Part shown: positions 13,201 through 25,883 of the stretch, piece after piece
Numbering within the stretch: position 1 is the first letter of the stretch
Layout: each line of letters begins with the position of its first letter
Source: Phallusia mammillata
Lineage: Eukaryota
Direction of reading: 5' to 3'
DNA: 64,000 bases
Assembly: GCA_965637545.1 (NCBI GenBank)
Contig: OZ281496.1
Location: 5,766,001-5,830,000 of the forward strand
The notes under the pieces: generated by a model
Seen by the model: the letters and a program-made list of their open reading frames with translations, nothing else
Told to the model about the DNA's origin: nothing
Database searches by the model: none
Made by a program: the position numbers and the translations under genes

Positions 13201-13504
13201 AACATTTCTCCAACGCCCGCTACGTCACCTTTCCAACACATGTTTTTTTGCAAGCAAATCAACAAGGATATACTTGCACCGCAGCAGAAATGCGTAAAAC
13301 ACGAGACCCACATCTATATACAATAAAAATCCCGCTCAACTCTACCCATTTCATTGTGAAAAAACCCTCCACCACCATTTCCAGGAAAATTTTCCACCAC
13401 CACCACGTCGAGGTGAACACCACCACCTCAACCAGGTGAACATGCCCCCTCCTCCATCACCACGTCCTTTCAGACCTACTGCGCCTCTACCACGTATCCC
13501 ACTA
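10238..13504. repeat. Right arm of the giant inverted repeat
   Basis: Reverse complement of 5080-8938, with its own ~170-bp insertion at ~12893-13065. Confidence 0.93.
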
Positions 13505-13689
13505 CTAACAACAATAAACACGTTGTACATAATGTACATTACCTTCACACTTTGTACCGCAATCTTACAATATGACATGATACTAATTAAGTAATTATTA
13601 AAAGATTATAGGCGTTGACTGTTTAATAGATAAACCAAATTAACTCTAGTTTTTCACTGAACTTGGGTAAAATGTCGAAAGAAATTTTT

Positions 13690-16445
13690 AGGAAATCTTT
13701 ATTTCCAGGTTAAAATCAGTTGTCAGTTTTAAAAAAACAAATATATTTCGCTAAAGTAAGCATCTTCAGTGTCTACAGAGAGCAATAAAAGGGATTAAAA
13801 TTAGAAAAAGCCAACAGTTCATTTGCAAACATGATCTTTTCTCAACTGAAAGCCTAGCAGACTAAACTGACTGTAAACACGCAGTGATAGATAAGAAACG
13901 CAAGAAAGATAAAAACAGTAAAACGTAAGAGGCGAAGAAAAAAAACACACGTCACTTACACCTCGGTAAAACCATTTTTTAATGTTAATTTTTGCATCGA
14001 TTTTATTAAGCCACCTGTCTTCGGCTATATCCAGGTCCGCAGTACGTGGTTGTTCGACAAACACAACACAGTAACAACTTTCAATTGGTGGTTTCTTTTC
14101 AAACTCGTTGGGGTGTCGGTCTTTAAAGTGATGCAAAAGCGCCGCGTCATCATTACGCTGCGAAGTGTCGAACTTCGCCCAAATGGCACGGTGACCCGAC
14201 CACCGAGTGGCAAACCGATTTTTAGTTTGGCCTAGATATTGTTCTTGGCATAGGTGGCAAGTGGCGACATAAATGCCATAACTCCTACATGTGAGATGTT
14301 GGGAGATCTTAAAACTGCGATTTGAGGTTTGCAGAAATGTGCTTTGTTTAACCATGTCGGTTTTGTAGCTACCATGGTTGCCACATAGGGCACAATGCCC
14401 GCAGGGATAGCATCCTGATGGAGCGCAATGATGCAGTCGCCCTAAAGCAAGTTTCCTTGGGCGTAAAAAGAATTCTTGTAGGAAGGGTGGTCTTTTATAA
14501 GTCATCATACAGTTTGGTTTAAGTGCATTTTCTTTATCTGTGAGGCGCAGTAGCGCTGGGAATCCCGTGGCCCAAACGAGTTTCTTGGTCCTCTCTTTGG
14601 AATGCCTTGTGTTTTGGTGGCGCTGTTCCTTCCAGGTTTTTGCCTCTTCTACAAGAGCAGCGGTCATTGCTTTACAAAAGCCGGAGCAGTTTGCCTTTAA
14701 CTTCAACCTTTTCAGGCTGTTGTTATAATCCAAATACAACTGATTGAGGTATCTCAACCGAATCGCTTCAGCTCGTACAATTGAACGAAAAGTAGCAGGC
14801 GGATGGTGCGATGACCCATGTAAAAACAGTCGATTATAACTGGTTGGCTTTGTGTAGCTGCACGTAACAAACCGACAGGGTTGTGCTGGTGTTGTTCTGT
14901 GAAGCACATCTAAAAATTCTTGTCAACTTCATTGGTGTGTAAAGTGCGTATTGTTAGTTTTAACCCAAATCGCGCAAATCGATTTTTGAGAGCATTGATA
15001 ATTCGCCTGGCAGAAATTTCACCAATGGAAATAAAAACAATGTCATCAATAAATCTCTTGAAGATTTGCGCTTGAGACAGCACTGGGGCGATTCCAGAAA
15101 TGATGTGGTGCATCGCTATGTTCGCGATAGCAACTGAGTGGTTGTCGCCAGTTGCTATGCCATTTTTTATTCCATAAAAGCGTTCCTTGAACTGCGTGAC
15201 CACGTTTGCAACAGTGAAGGCTGTAAGTTGGATGATGATCTGTTTAACCTTACCAGAGTACGTGGAGTGGTTGTTTAGCGCATTTTTTTACGAAGACTTT
15301 ATGAGGGAATGTTTAATGTTTGGATATAGCGATACTACATCAGCCGCAACAATGTATAGAGGGTTTGCATCTAGCTGTTCTGGTATGCTGTTAATCTTAG
15401 CCTCTTCCCAGTCGAGCAAATTGTCGATGTATTGCCTACTGTCTTTACAAAACTCATCTACCAACGTATGGCAAAATTCCTCACTGATCGGTTGAAGAAA
15501 CGCGGTTACACCTGTGGTTGTAATGTTGCCTGAAGCCTGCACTAGTTTTACAGGTATATCTTCGATCGGTATGTTACCTAGTTGCGTCACTTCCAGCTTA
15601 TGTGTCTTGAAAAGCGGGTATGCATAGGCGGGTTCCTGAGCAGAAAAGAACTTTGCGATAGAACCTGGTATATGTTTATACTTTCCATCTACAGTTTTCA
15701 TTCCTATTACGTGCTTGAGCATGGCATCATCTATGGCACCAGCTTGATGGAGACTTGTCACAAATTCTTCGCACATTTTCTTAATATTCTCGAAGTGAGA
15801 CTTTATGGAGTCCTGATCCAAGTTTAATAGAGGTAATTGTTGTAACTCCCTTTCCATAATGCTGTTGTACGATGCCTCGTTGAGAATTACCACTTTTCCG
15901 TCTTTATCTGATTTACACATAACAATTTTATTGTCATGAACTAGTTTTGAAATTTTCCGTAGGCTGCAACGAAGGTCAAAAGAAAAATTGTTTTCGCTTG
16001 TGAACATTCGCTTTACCTTTGCTTCTAGCAGACGTACCTTAGCGAATATTGATTCAGTGTATGTTTTAGTTATTTCATCTAAGACTTCAGTTTCCGGCCG
16101 CGAAAAACTTGGAATCGCAAGCTTACCAAAGAAGTTGTAGTACGATTTATCACTTTCGTTGTCCGAAAAGACAAAGTCCCACTCCACCCTCCTGACGTGT
16201 TTCAATGCTTCGAGCCATTCGGTTGACTCCATCCGTGTGGTCCATCGAAGTGTAGGTACAAAATTTAAACCGTGAGCCAGCATTAACTTGTCTTTGGGTG
16301 TCAATTCTGTGTCGGATTTGTTAAGTACTGAAGCTTCCGCTACCTGAATTTTATGCAAATGTGTTGATAGTTTTCGCCTGTTTCTATATCTCTTTCCGTC
16401 CCTGGTGTTCCTGGATTGTGCACACTGAAAGGTTTTGAAACTGGC
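13690..16445 (-). mobile_element. Penelope-like element (Neptune-type), RT + zinc finger + GIY-YIG, disrupted
   Basis: ORF pieces 15288-16358, 14910-15203 and 13819-14907 join through a stop at 15288-15290 and a frameshift near 14912. Motifs: LAHGLNFVPT, AADVVSLYPNI, GIATGDNHSVAIANIAM, KRFIDDI, CYPCGHCALC linker and GIYVATCHLCQEQYLGQT. A hammerhead motif and AATAAA lie downstream. Confidence 0.9.
13734..13776 (-). ncRNA. Minimal type I hammerhead ribozyme motif at the 3' end of the Penelope-like element
   Basis: Minus strand AGACA-CUGAAGA-U-GCU(UACUUU)AGC-GAAA-UAUAU-U^UGUUU. Intact core, 3-bp stem II, palindromic stem III and 5-bp stem I. Confidence 0.7.
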
Positions 16446-17669
16446 TATTTAAAGTCATTTAATTGAATTGTCAAACACAACATGTAATTTAATCATAACA
16501 ATGTCACAAATAATTTAATTTTAGGCAAATAGAGCATCATCCCTTACTTTGGCTAAATGAAACACAGATCCAAGCTACTTGACACGCAGAAAAAAGCACA
16601 GTAGGCAAACTTTCCCTGATTTCTGTGCATTTTAAGCGCCCGAAATCTGTTAAGCCCAAAAGAAGACAGAAAAAATAAAGCAAATAAACTTTTTGTAGGT
16701 CTGTGTGCAACGTTTTTGCCTTTTGAGGACCCTTTTCGATACTGTTATCTAATTGCGGACCCCTTTGAGTTTTAGTTATTTTTGTTGTGCGCGTATTAGC
16801 AAGTTATCGCGAAACCCCTGTTAAATGACCACTGGTCTAAACGGACTTAAAGCCCCACATCAATTTTCTGGCTCTCTTACATCTTGACTATACTTGCTTA
16901 TATTTAGATGTCTCAGACAATCCTCATGTATCACCAAAAAATTACGCACCATTTTTATCAAATACTGCTTACTTATTTTGCAGTTTAGGCAAAATGCTTT
17001 AATACAGCTTTGACGTACTTACACATCTGCTTGTTGCGCGTGCCTGTGCTAGCACAAAGCAAGCAATAATGACAAAAGGGTCAACTAGAAAAGTGTATAC
17101 TCGTTCGGTACATTGAATACAGCGAGATATATTGCTTCAGATGAAAGTTGCAGGTGTTTCCCGCATTACATTTGCAGATGAATATTGAATACTTGACAAA
17201 CCTTGGGAATTTTGCAAGCTCTAATGAAAATCTGTCATTGCAGTTAGTTTGGCCAATTTCAAGTCAATATGAATGACGCTTGTAATTGGACACGCTGGAA
17301 ACGAAAATTGTTGCACAGCTGACTGTCATATTGCGAACCCATAAGGTGCCGGCAGACTCACACATTTTTATTTGCAGATTGTTGATTGCATTAATGTTTA
17401 TTCTGTTTGCAAGCCTGTGCATTGTTTAGAAAACATTATAATGCCGCAAAGAATCTGTATGTTAGGTTTGCAAAATTGTTCAAACATAGTAAAATTTGAG
17501 GGTTTGAATATTAAACATAAATTATTTGTTTTACATGTTATGAAATTCTAATGCTTCATACAACGGTTTTAATTACACCAGGGAAAGTAATGTGTAATAT
17601 GAATAAACTGTTGCTGCCAGACATAATGTATCAACAAATTTGTAGCTCTTTCAGCAGTTTTGATTATAA

Positions 17670-17718
17670 TATGTCGACGTTTCGGTGTCCCATACGAGAC
17701 ACCTTCATCGGGGTATGA
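17670..17718 (-). ncRNA. Hammerhead ribozyme-like motif with a core U4>C change
   Basis: CCGAUGA-A-GGUGUC(UCGUAUGG)GACACC-GAAACGUC. Perfect 6-bp stem II, poor stem I. Confidence 0.5.
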
Positions 17719-18055
17719 CATAGATTGAGAACACAAAGTTGTTATTTTTCAACAGGGGCCTTAAAACGCACACAAAACGCGCTGGTAAAAAAGCAGTGCT
17801 CACCGATGGTCGAGTGATTACACATAGCTCAATGGTGTAAAAGCGACCGATAAGTTATCGGCACTACACCGTCCGTTATAACGTTCATCGTGTTGGTGTG
17901 AAAGTGTATGTTTCACGACTCTAGGAAACCTCGCTTGTAAAAACCGGTTTCCCTCGCTAACACCTTGGCAGCAGAAAAGTTAATGGTGTGATTATGGACA
18001 GTAGCATGTTTTGCTAATGCCGATTTTGCTACGTCTCTTTGGTGTTCCTTTAGGC

Positions 18056-18352
18056 CAGTGGTTCCCAAACTATGCGCCGCGGCAGTGTGCCGCAAGATGT
18101 CATTAGGTGTGCCGCAAAAAATATTGAAATTAAAATCAATCGGGGAGAGTAGTAGCACCAGGTGCTTAGACCACTAGGCCAACATGCTCCACGTCTCTGA
18201 GATGTTCTACTAGGCTATTTAACTCTGAGAGTGACCCGTATAGCGGCTTTATGACCTCATAGTTAGTGCCTTTGTCAGCATAGTTAGTGCCTTCAAATGT
18301 TCGAAGTGTTTTCTAAAATGCGCCTTAAAAGAAAAAAGTTTGGGAACCACTG
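18056..18352. mobile_element. hAT MITE inserted in the Penelope GIY-YIG remnant
   Basis: TIRs CAGTGGTTCCCAAACT / AGTTTGGGAACCACTG and a perfect 8-bp TSD CTTTAGGC. Confidence 0.92.
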
Positions 18353-18935
18353 CTTTAGGCGCTCGTTCAGTGACCTGTCCGGCACTTTGGTGTACAAAGG
18401 CTTTGGTTTAACTGTTGGTGGGTCATCAACTGTAGGTACCTGGATGTGCTGGTTTGTTTGTAGACCAAAGACAAGAATATTTTAACCCTGGATATTGAAA
18501 TGTCGACACCCCTGGTTGGTACACTTTGTTCAAGCGTGTATCACAAACTAAACAGCATTACAAGGTACGTACAGTTCTAAATGTTCTAAAACAGAAAAAC
18601 TGATGTTCTAAAGCCGATTAGCTATCGGTCCGATATTTATCAACGTTTTATTGCCGTTTTCGCGCCTGTGTCTTTTTTGTGTTCAATCTCGGGGTGTTAT
18701 AAGAACAGCTGTGTTGGGATGTAGACACCCTGTATATGACGTCGAACTTCGGATCCGGCGCGCCTGACCCATATACAGACACATACAAACCTGATCGGGA
18801 TTCGTCCCCGGAAAAGTCCTGGGTTCGAACTCCGTGAAAAAAAAAATGCCTATTTTATTTCAGCTCATACGATGTTAATTGTAAATCAGTTTAACTATTT
18901 TCTTTATAATACCTGAATAACTAATTTAAAAAGAG

Positions 18936-19622
18936 ATGACATCAAAGGACTTCGGTTTTTATGATCGAAGGCTTACTGAGGGTGGAAATGTAAAACAACA
19001 TGTGCCGAAACACAGCAGTGAGAAACTTCATCGATGTGAGGTTTGTGAAAAAACTTTTGCCCGAAGAGGAACTTTGAAAAGACACATGTTGGTTCACACA
19101 AAAGAAAGACCATATCGATGTGATATTTGTGAAAAAGGGTTTGCCCGCATGGAAGTTCTAAAATCACACATGTTGACTCACACTAAAGAGAAACCTCATC
19201 GATGTGATACTTGTGATAAACGATTTACCCGAAGTAGACTTTTGAAAAGACACATGTTGACTAACACTAAAGAGAAACCTCATCGATGTGATACTTGTGA
19301 TAAACGATTTACCCGAAGTGGACTTTTGAAAAGACACATGTTGACTCACACTAAAGAGAAACCTCATCGATGTGATGTTTGTGAAAAAGGGTTTGCTCGT
19401 ATGGGAAGTTTAACAACACACATGTTGACTCACACCAAAGAGAAACCTCATCGATGTGATGTTTGTGAAAAGAATTTCAGTATCATTTCAAATTTGAAAA
19501 GACACATGTTGACCCACACGAAAGAGAAACCACATCAATGTGATGTTTGTGAAAAGAGTTTCAGTATCATTTCAAATGTGAAAACACACATGTTGATTCA
19601 CACTAGAGAGAAACCACAATGA
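18936..19622 (+). CDS. Tandem C2H2 zinc-finger protein (7 fingers, one with H>N)
   Basis: Repeated CxxC-x12-HxxxH with TKEKPHR linkers at 84-bp periodicity. Degenerate fingers continue past the stop to ~19840. Confidence 0.85.
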   Translation: MTSKDFGFYDRRLTEGGNVKQHVPKHSSEKLHRCEVCEKTFARRGTLKRHMLVHTKERPYRCDICEKGFARMEVLKSHMLTHTKEKPHRCDTCDKRFTRSRLLKRHMLTNTKEKPHRCDTCDKRFTRSGLLKRHMLTHTKEKPHRCDVCEKGFARMGSLTTHMLTHTKEKPHRCDVCEKNFSIISNLKRHMLTHTKEKPHQCDVCEKSFSIISNVKTHMLIHTREKPQ

Positions 19623-22566
19623 TGTGATACTTGTGGTAAATCATTAATCCAAAGTGGAAGTTTGAAAACCCTCCTGTTGATTCACAATAAAAAGAAGCCT
19701 CATCGATGCGATGTTTTTAGTAAATGATTTACTTGGTCTGGAATTTGAAAAGCACATGCTGGTCCATCAATGTGTTGTTTGTGAAATTCCATTTAATGCA
19801 ATTTCAAGATTAAAAATTCACTTGTTGACTCACAACGAAAAGTAAGTTCTTAGTTTTACCGACTTGAAGTTTATTGAAAGGTTTACTTTGGGTCAAAGTT
19901 GCCTTTTTGTGTAGATTTGGTTTTCTAACAGTGTGAAACATGTATTACGCAGAGTAAAAATAAAAACGGTGACTCTATGTACAGTTATCAATGTTTAAAT
20001 GTACAATAATTGAAATTAGAAATTAGGCGCCAGTAAATGGGTTATTTTGAGACACATGCTATTGTTTAAAATGTATTTTTTACAACATTACAAAAAAAAA
20101 ACACTTCTGTTCGGTCCCGCCATATTTAGTTACATAAACTCGGATAATAATGTTTCATTAAAATCAATAACATCCAAGCATGAGACTGTCAAATTTCACC
20201 AAAACAAACAAAAAATATAGAAAACAAAAAATAACAATTAATTTGCTATATGACCTAAAATAAGCATAATATCGCTTTCACGGGGAAACGGCCAGTTAGA
20301 ATTTTGCAGCTCCTGCTCCAGGGTTAGCTGGATCTTCATGAGGACTTTAGTTTCTCTTTGTCCTACGTAGCTCTATATTTGAATAGGTGCGTAGTGCAAA
20401 AGTTATGTCCAGTAAAGCTGCGTTATCTTTGGTTTCGAAGCAAACCATTCAAGAATATAATCTGACCAATGACAATAAAGTTAATTAAAAACAGTTTATT
20501 ATGTATTTTTGCCAATTTTTGTACTTGCAAACTTTTGATTTATTTGGAAGAGAGATTTGCAATCTCTTAGAGAGATTTAAACAATAATAATATTTTATCG
20601 TTAAATCCGATTTAAATGACAGTTTGTATGTAAGATTTGTAAATCATTCAAATACTCCATTGTACCAAAGGTCTGTGTTGATTAATGTAGAATTTTATGC
20701 AGTATTTATACTTAAACGTGATATTTAAGCCAATTTATTTGCAATATAACAAAAAAATCTTTAAAAAAATCACTGGAAGGTAAAACCGTATAATTTGATA
20801 ACCTACTTGGTTAAGAAATATTGGGATCGCTTTAACTGGAACAATTGCTTTCATATGTTTTCCAATTACGTTTTGATTTGCGTTAAACTCAAAACACTAA
20901 TACCAAAATATTATAGTATGTACGTTGATGTTAAACTGTAACTCTTTGCTTGTTTCTTAAGTAGTCGTATAGTCACATCCAGCAATGAAACTCGTGTTGC
21001 AAAATATATTCTACGACATCCTGTCAAGACACTATCTACAGCTTAAAACAGATATTTCGGTCTGAACATTCTTCACGTATTAATTTGTATCGTTCTATCA
21101 CAATCACTCGAATCTGTACATAACGTTATTATTTTTTCGACTTTACGTTGAACCCAAAGCTAGATGAAAATGTTTAATACAATTCTTATGCCTATGTGAT
21201 AGCAAAACAAAAATGCAAATGAATACTTTTTTCACAACAATATCAGAATGTTGGACATGAAGCAGAAATCTTTCAACCATGCAATGGGATTAAAGCAACA
21301 TGATGAACATGTCAGTCGGGTAATAAAGGAGCATCTACGCAATCGAGTCCGCTGTTACAACAATGCTACGTATTGGAACTTGCCGAACTGAGCGAAAAAC
21401 AAATTCAAATAATTAAAATGTTGAGAAATGAGTCTGAGTTTGTTTGCGTTTAACACTCGACAGAAGCAAAAGTAATATACAAATATGGATTGATGTATTA
21501 GCGGATAAATGGGCCCTAACTCTATTTCATCAGTTGCTTATTTAGCAAACATTTTTTTCAGACATCAAACAACTTTTTTGTACTTGTATTAGTAATATAA
21601 AAATACCAAATCCTTTCAAATTATTATGCACCGAGTAATGTAAATAAAGAAGTGCCTTAATAATTTTATGCATCTAGTAATGTAGATAATCAAGTATTTT
21701 AAAAGTATTATGAGCCTAAAAGGGATTTCCAATTTTATTTATCAACAACATGCGATTTATATATGAGGAGACCCTCATAAAGCAAACGAAGCATTTTGAC
21801 TGCACTTTTCAATTTTAACTTGTACTGTTAGAAGTGAGTAAATTTAAAATCTTTAAAAAAAAGTATAAATTAAAAAAAAGTATTAAGAAGATTACAATGT
21901 TTACATTATGGTTGCAAGTTTCTATTTTCGTTGTTCGATAATATATTTGGATTCAACTGCTGCAATAATTAACGTCTCAACGTTGCGCAGCTATCTCGGC
22001 AAGGTGAATAATTTAGTGCAACTGTGTTACTACGATTTTTTCACTCAACTCAACTCAATACGTACTGGAAATCCTTTCACTCGGGCAAGACTAAATAGTT
22101 TGACTAAGCTTGTGCTTTAAGGATTTAGTTTTCATTTGATTGATTTAGTAAATTTTTATTTTATAACCTTGTTTCAAACCTTGACTAAATTCAAGCTTTT
22201 GTTATTTCAAATCACGCGTTGCCTCTAAGCGTCTGCTATGAATTTATATTATCGCTCATTATTGCTTGTTAGGGATACAAACACTCAGGCAGATCGTGAT
22301 GCGTAAACTTACGTTTTGTTTTCAGGTTTTCGTACGTAGATATTTAAATGTCTTTTGCTAACCCATCAACCTCCCGTGTAAGACAACAAACAATGACATC
22401 AAGTTTTTCAATGAACCCGGGTATGGTCCATTTGTAACAAGGATAACTGCGACATATTTTGCAAGTTTAATTTTTTTGTTTGTGCTGGAACGGCAAATTT
22501 TGTATCAGTTGTATATTTTGACCAACTTTTGCTGTGCATTACAACAACGCTTTTTGTCACAAAGAT

Positions 22567-22967
22567 ATGATGGCAAATCAATACATTGAAAGAACACCCG
22601 AAATGGCGTCAAAACAACAGAATACGTTACGTATGATTATGATCTTCATCATTGCAATTGTAATCCTGACGCTTTTGGGACTCATTTTCGGTATACTTAA
22701 TTATTCCAAAGAGGTTGGTACTTAGAAAAATATATGATGTTATTGTTATTACTTAAATAACAAAAAACAACAACAACAATTTTCTTCATGTCGCTTCAGG
22801 TCGGTTTTCAAGACACTAATCAAGGTATATTAAATATCAGAAGCATGTCTGCAATGTCTTTGCTGGTTCATTTTTTCATAAATCTTAACAAATTTTCTGT
22901 TTAAAACTGTGATATAGAAACAGATGGGAACGAATTGGGTTCAGGTGATCTTGTTCATTCAACTTGA
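22567..22967 (+). CDS. Candidate spliced 71-aa single-pass membrane protein (exons 22567-22713, 22800-22824, 22924-22967)
   Basis: GT-AG introns with consistent phases (0 and 1). Hydrophobic segment MIMIFIIAIVILTLLGLIFGIL and a C-terminal ELGSGD motif. Confidence 0.5.
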
Positions 22968-23340
22968 GGAAGATTTGGATTCAACGATTGTGATATTTTA
23001 TCGATAAATTTCGTCTAAATTGACCCATCACATTTATTCGACAAAATATTTGTATTGATGCCATTAGTTTTTTTTTACTTTTTAGTTACAATTAAGTATT
23101 AATGCAATTAGTTTTTTTTACATTTTAGTAACAATCTACAAGTGTGCCTTTCCATTTCATTTCTTTTGAAGCTGTTTACATCTGTTTCATAGAAATAATG
23201 TAATGATCTATTCATAACATATTTGTTTACCTGTCTTTGTTTTATTATTTACTACAACACTTTCACAACATACATGCATGTTTATTTTTTGTTGTTGTTC
23301 AATATAGCTTATCAGTTGTCTTGCAACCCTTGAATTGTTC

Positions 23341-23429
23341 AGGGTCAGCTCCTGTATAACCACTTGTGGTTCAAGCTGATCCTACGTAGTGTCATCACGT
23401 AAATAAATGAATTGAATTGAATTGAATTG
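23341..23429 (+). mobile_element. Probable 3' end of a CR1/L2-type LINE or SINE
   Basis: Short stem-loop (CAGCT...AGCTG) followed by AAATAAAT and a (GAATT)4 tail. Confidence 0.4.
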
Positions 23430-24019
23430 TACTTTGTTTATGTTTTCTTCTGTCGCTTTTTTGTTTGTTTTGTACAAAAAATTGTTGTTCTTCTGCTTAC
23501 CACATTATGGATTCATTGTTTAAGTGTTGACTGAAAGTGCAAATAATTCTTGTATCCAGGAATATTTGGAATAAACTGTGCCAGTAAACATTTTTTGCTG
23601 CCATAAAATAGTTTAATCAATAAATCACAACCAGCAATATCTCTTTGATGGGAAAAAGTAACAAATTGCAAAAAATGTATTCTCTTGTTACAAATACACA
23701 ACATTATCACATATCATATAACAAATAGTATAATTTTAACTGAAATACTGTCTGACTGCTAGACTAACCAAACTGGAGGTAAAAAAGCCAATACCACACA
23801 CAACTTCAGGTTTTAAATTAATCAGTGCAGAATAAGGCAGATGAAATCATTAAAAATATTCTCTTCGCCAGAAGGTCGGTTTTTAATGACAACACTCTAT
23901 AACTTAAAATCCTAGTCACACAGGTGTCAGGGAAGTCTAACACAAACTTAGGGGCAATAGTCAAAAACACGCACTAAACACAATTTTTTGTATGTGCCAT
24001 TTTTGTAGCGTTTGTTAAA

Positions 24020-24470
24020 TCATGTCACGTGATCAAATGTGGCGATCTCATTGGTCGAGGTGTGCTATACATAATCGCCTGGCGCGGCTAAAACAAAATT
24101 TAATCTTTAAACATTTCAGAGTGAATCAGAATTGGACTTTTAAATCCCACTGAAATTTAGGTTACAATCGTGTAAATTGGAATTTTACTGTACATATTTT
24201 ATAAATTAGCAACGGAATAAAGCGAGTGTGTTAACCAAGTCATGTGATCAAACAAAGCAACCTGATTGATCGAATTGGTTACAACTTATTGAAGCACCAT
24301 GACGCTGATATGATGAGAGGCATGGGGTTGTTTTTTCGCAACGAGACGCTCCGGTCCAGCGAGAAAGTTAGTGACACTTTTATTTTACTTCGGATCTCCA
24401 CTTTGTCCAGTTTAAAGGTTGCAACACGTGAAAGGTTACAAATTTTATTACATTACTTTAGGCAGGTATA
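24020..24470 (+). repeat. Dispersed ~450-bp repeat, second copy at ~50925-51430
   Basis: Shared blocks TCACGTGATCAAA, AAATTGGAATTTTA, ATAAAGCGAGTGTGTTAACCAA and CTTCGGATCTCCACTTTGTCCAGTTT. Confidence 0.8.
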
Positions 24471-24486
24471 AAATGCCCGTTGTGAT

Positions 24487-24709
24487 AATAAGCAGGAATC
24501 CAATAACCCTCTTCCAAGCTTGCTTCCTGATTGATATTAATTGAGGAGCAATGCACAGGAGCACGAACTGGGAACTACCCCGTTGGTGCATTAAGTTTGC
24601 TTCCTGGTTCAACTTTCGCTTAGACTGTGATGTGATTTTGTTTACCATGAAAACTAATTAATCAAAGAAAATATAAACTGTTATGGCACTGAAGTAAATA
24701 CATCTGCGT
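24487..24709 (+). repeat. ~220-bp direct repeat, copy 1 (copy 2 at 25956-26180)
   Basis: Near-identical core TTCCAAGCTTGCTTCC...GAGGAGCAATGCACAGGAGCACGAACTGGGAACTACCC...GGTTCAACTTTCGCTTAGA. Confidence 0.88.
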
Positions 24710-25400
24710 CACAAGGACAAGAAAATTTAAAAATCGGTATCAAATTGTTGCTACAACTAAAAATCAACTGAGATGCAAAAGTATGGCGCAAAATATGTAT
24801 TTCTGTCAAATTTTTAAAGTTGATGTGACGCGTAGTATGATGGAGATGCAAATTGTGGTATACAGTGATGTTTTAAGTTTTATAATAGAAGTGCTCCACA
24901 ACCAGTTTGCTGTGAAACGATGCTTGGTGTGGCGCAGTGCAACTGCAAACGAAAAAGTCTGTACAAAATCGAGATAATTTATTCACAAGCAATTTAACAA
25001 TACAACATATGGACAATTACTGCGGCAGTGCTCAATAAAACAAACACAAATGTTTTCATTAAAAAATTCAAATACCAAAGTATTTTGTGTTTCCTACACA
25101 TTTTCCCATTAGTTCATGGCTGTCGTGGATTCTTAAATTATTGTAAGTGCGACTTCAGTGCAATAAAACGAACTGCACAATAATTCAGATCAGTACTCTT
25201 CAAACTTTTTAGTGACACAGACCCCTAAGGTATTTTGTCAACCCCCAAAAAATATTAGGCTTATTTTATTTTCACTAAAAATTCACCAAAGTGTATTTGC
25301 CGTATTGCTTGGATTGGTTGTTTCTGCTTTTTTTCTCGCAATTCGTTTACAGCGTAGCGAGAATTTGGTTATGATGTCACAATTGGTCATTTATCTAGAC

Positions 25401-25696
25401 CAGGGGCCGGCAATCTTTTAGGTGACGCGTACCAATTTATTTGTTATTTTCATGTGTTTATGACGTCGCGTGCCATAGTTTTTCTAAATAATAGTGGTTT
25501 GTGCCAGCAGATACCTGTAATAAAGAAAAAGCAGAGTGTTTCGTGTATGTAAGTCTGAATTTTAAGACAATGGCATGATAAAAACTGAAAACAAGCAGTG
25601 TAACTGGTTAACTTGTTACTTTAATATCAACTAGAATTGGTCGGCGTGTAATGAAAACCACCTAGGGTGCCAAGTGCCAGGGGTTGCCGACCCCTG
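25401..25696. mobile_element. hAT MITE
   Basis: TIRs CAGGGGCCGGCAA / TTGCCGACCCCTG and TSD ATCTAGAC/ATCTAGAT. Confidence 0.85.
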
Positions 25697-25883
25697 ATCT
25701 AGATTGTACACAGGAGCGTACATGGATTGTTGCAACAAACCTCGTAGAAGCACTGCGCAACCCTTAGAATTTCCGGAACCCCTGTAACCGTTACATGATA
25801 GAACCCCCAGGAGCCTGGTGTTATTGAACACGCTTGTTCAACAATTTAGATAAACATTACTCAGAAAAGTTGATTGAGTCAAC

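Larger units (their letters stand above)
17590..18385 (-). mobile_element. 3' remnant of a Penelope-like element (GIY-YIG C-terminus plus terminal repeat)
   Basis: With the MITE removed it reads DRSLNERLKEHQRDVAKSALAKHATVHNHTINFSAAKVLARETGFYKRGFLES*NIHFHTNTMN, followed by a hammerhead-like repeat. Confidence 0.82.

Noticed and set aside
18780-18840. tRNA-like B-box GGGTTCGAACTCC; similar GGCTCGAATCCCAC at ~30639 and an A-box-like motif at ~18165-18185
   Set aside because: No complete cloverleaf. Probably SINE fragments.
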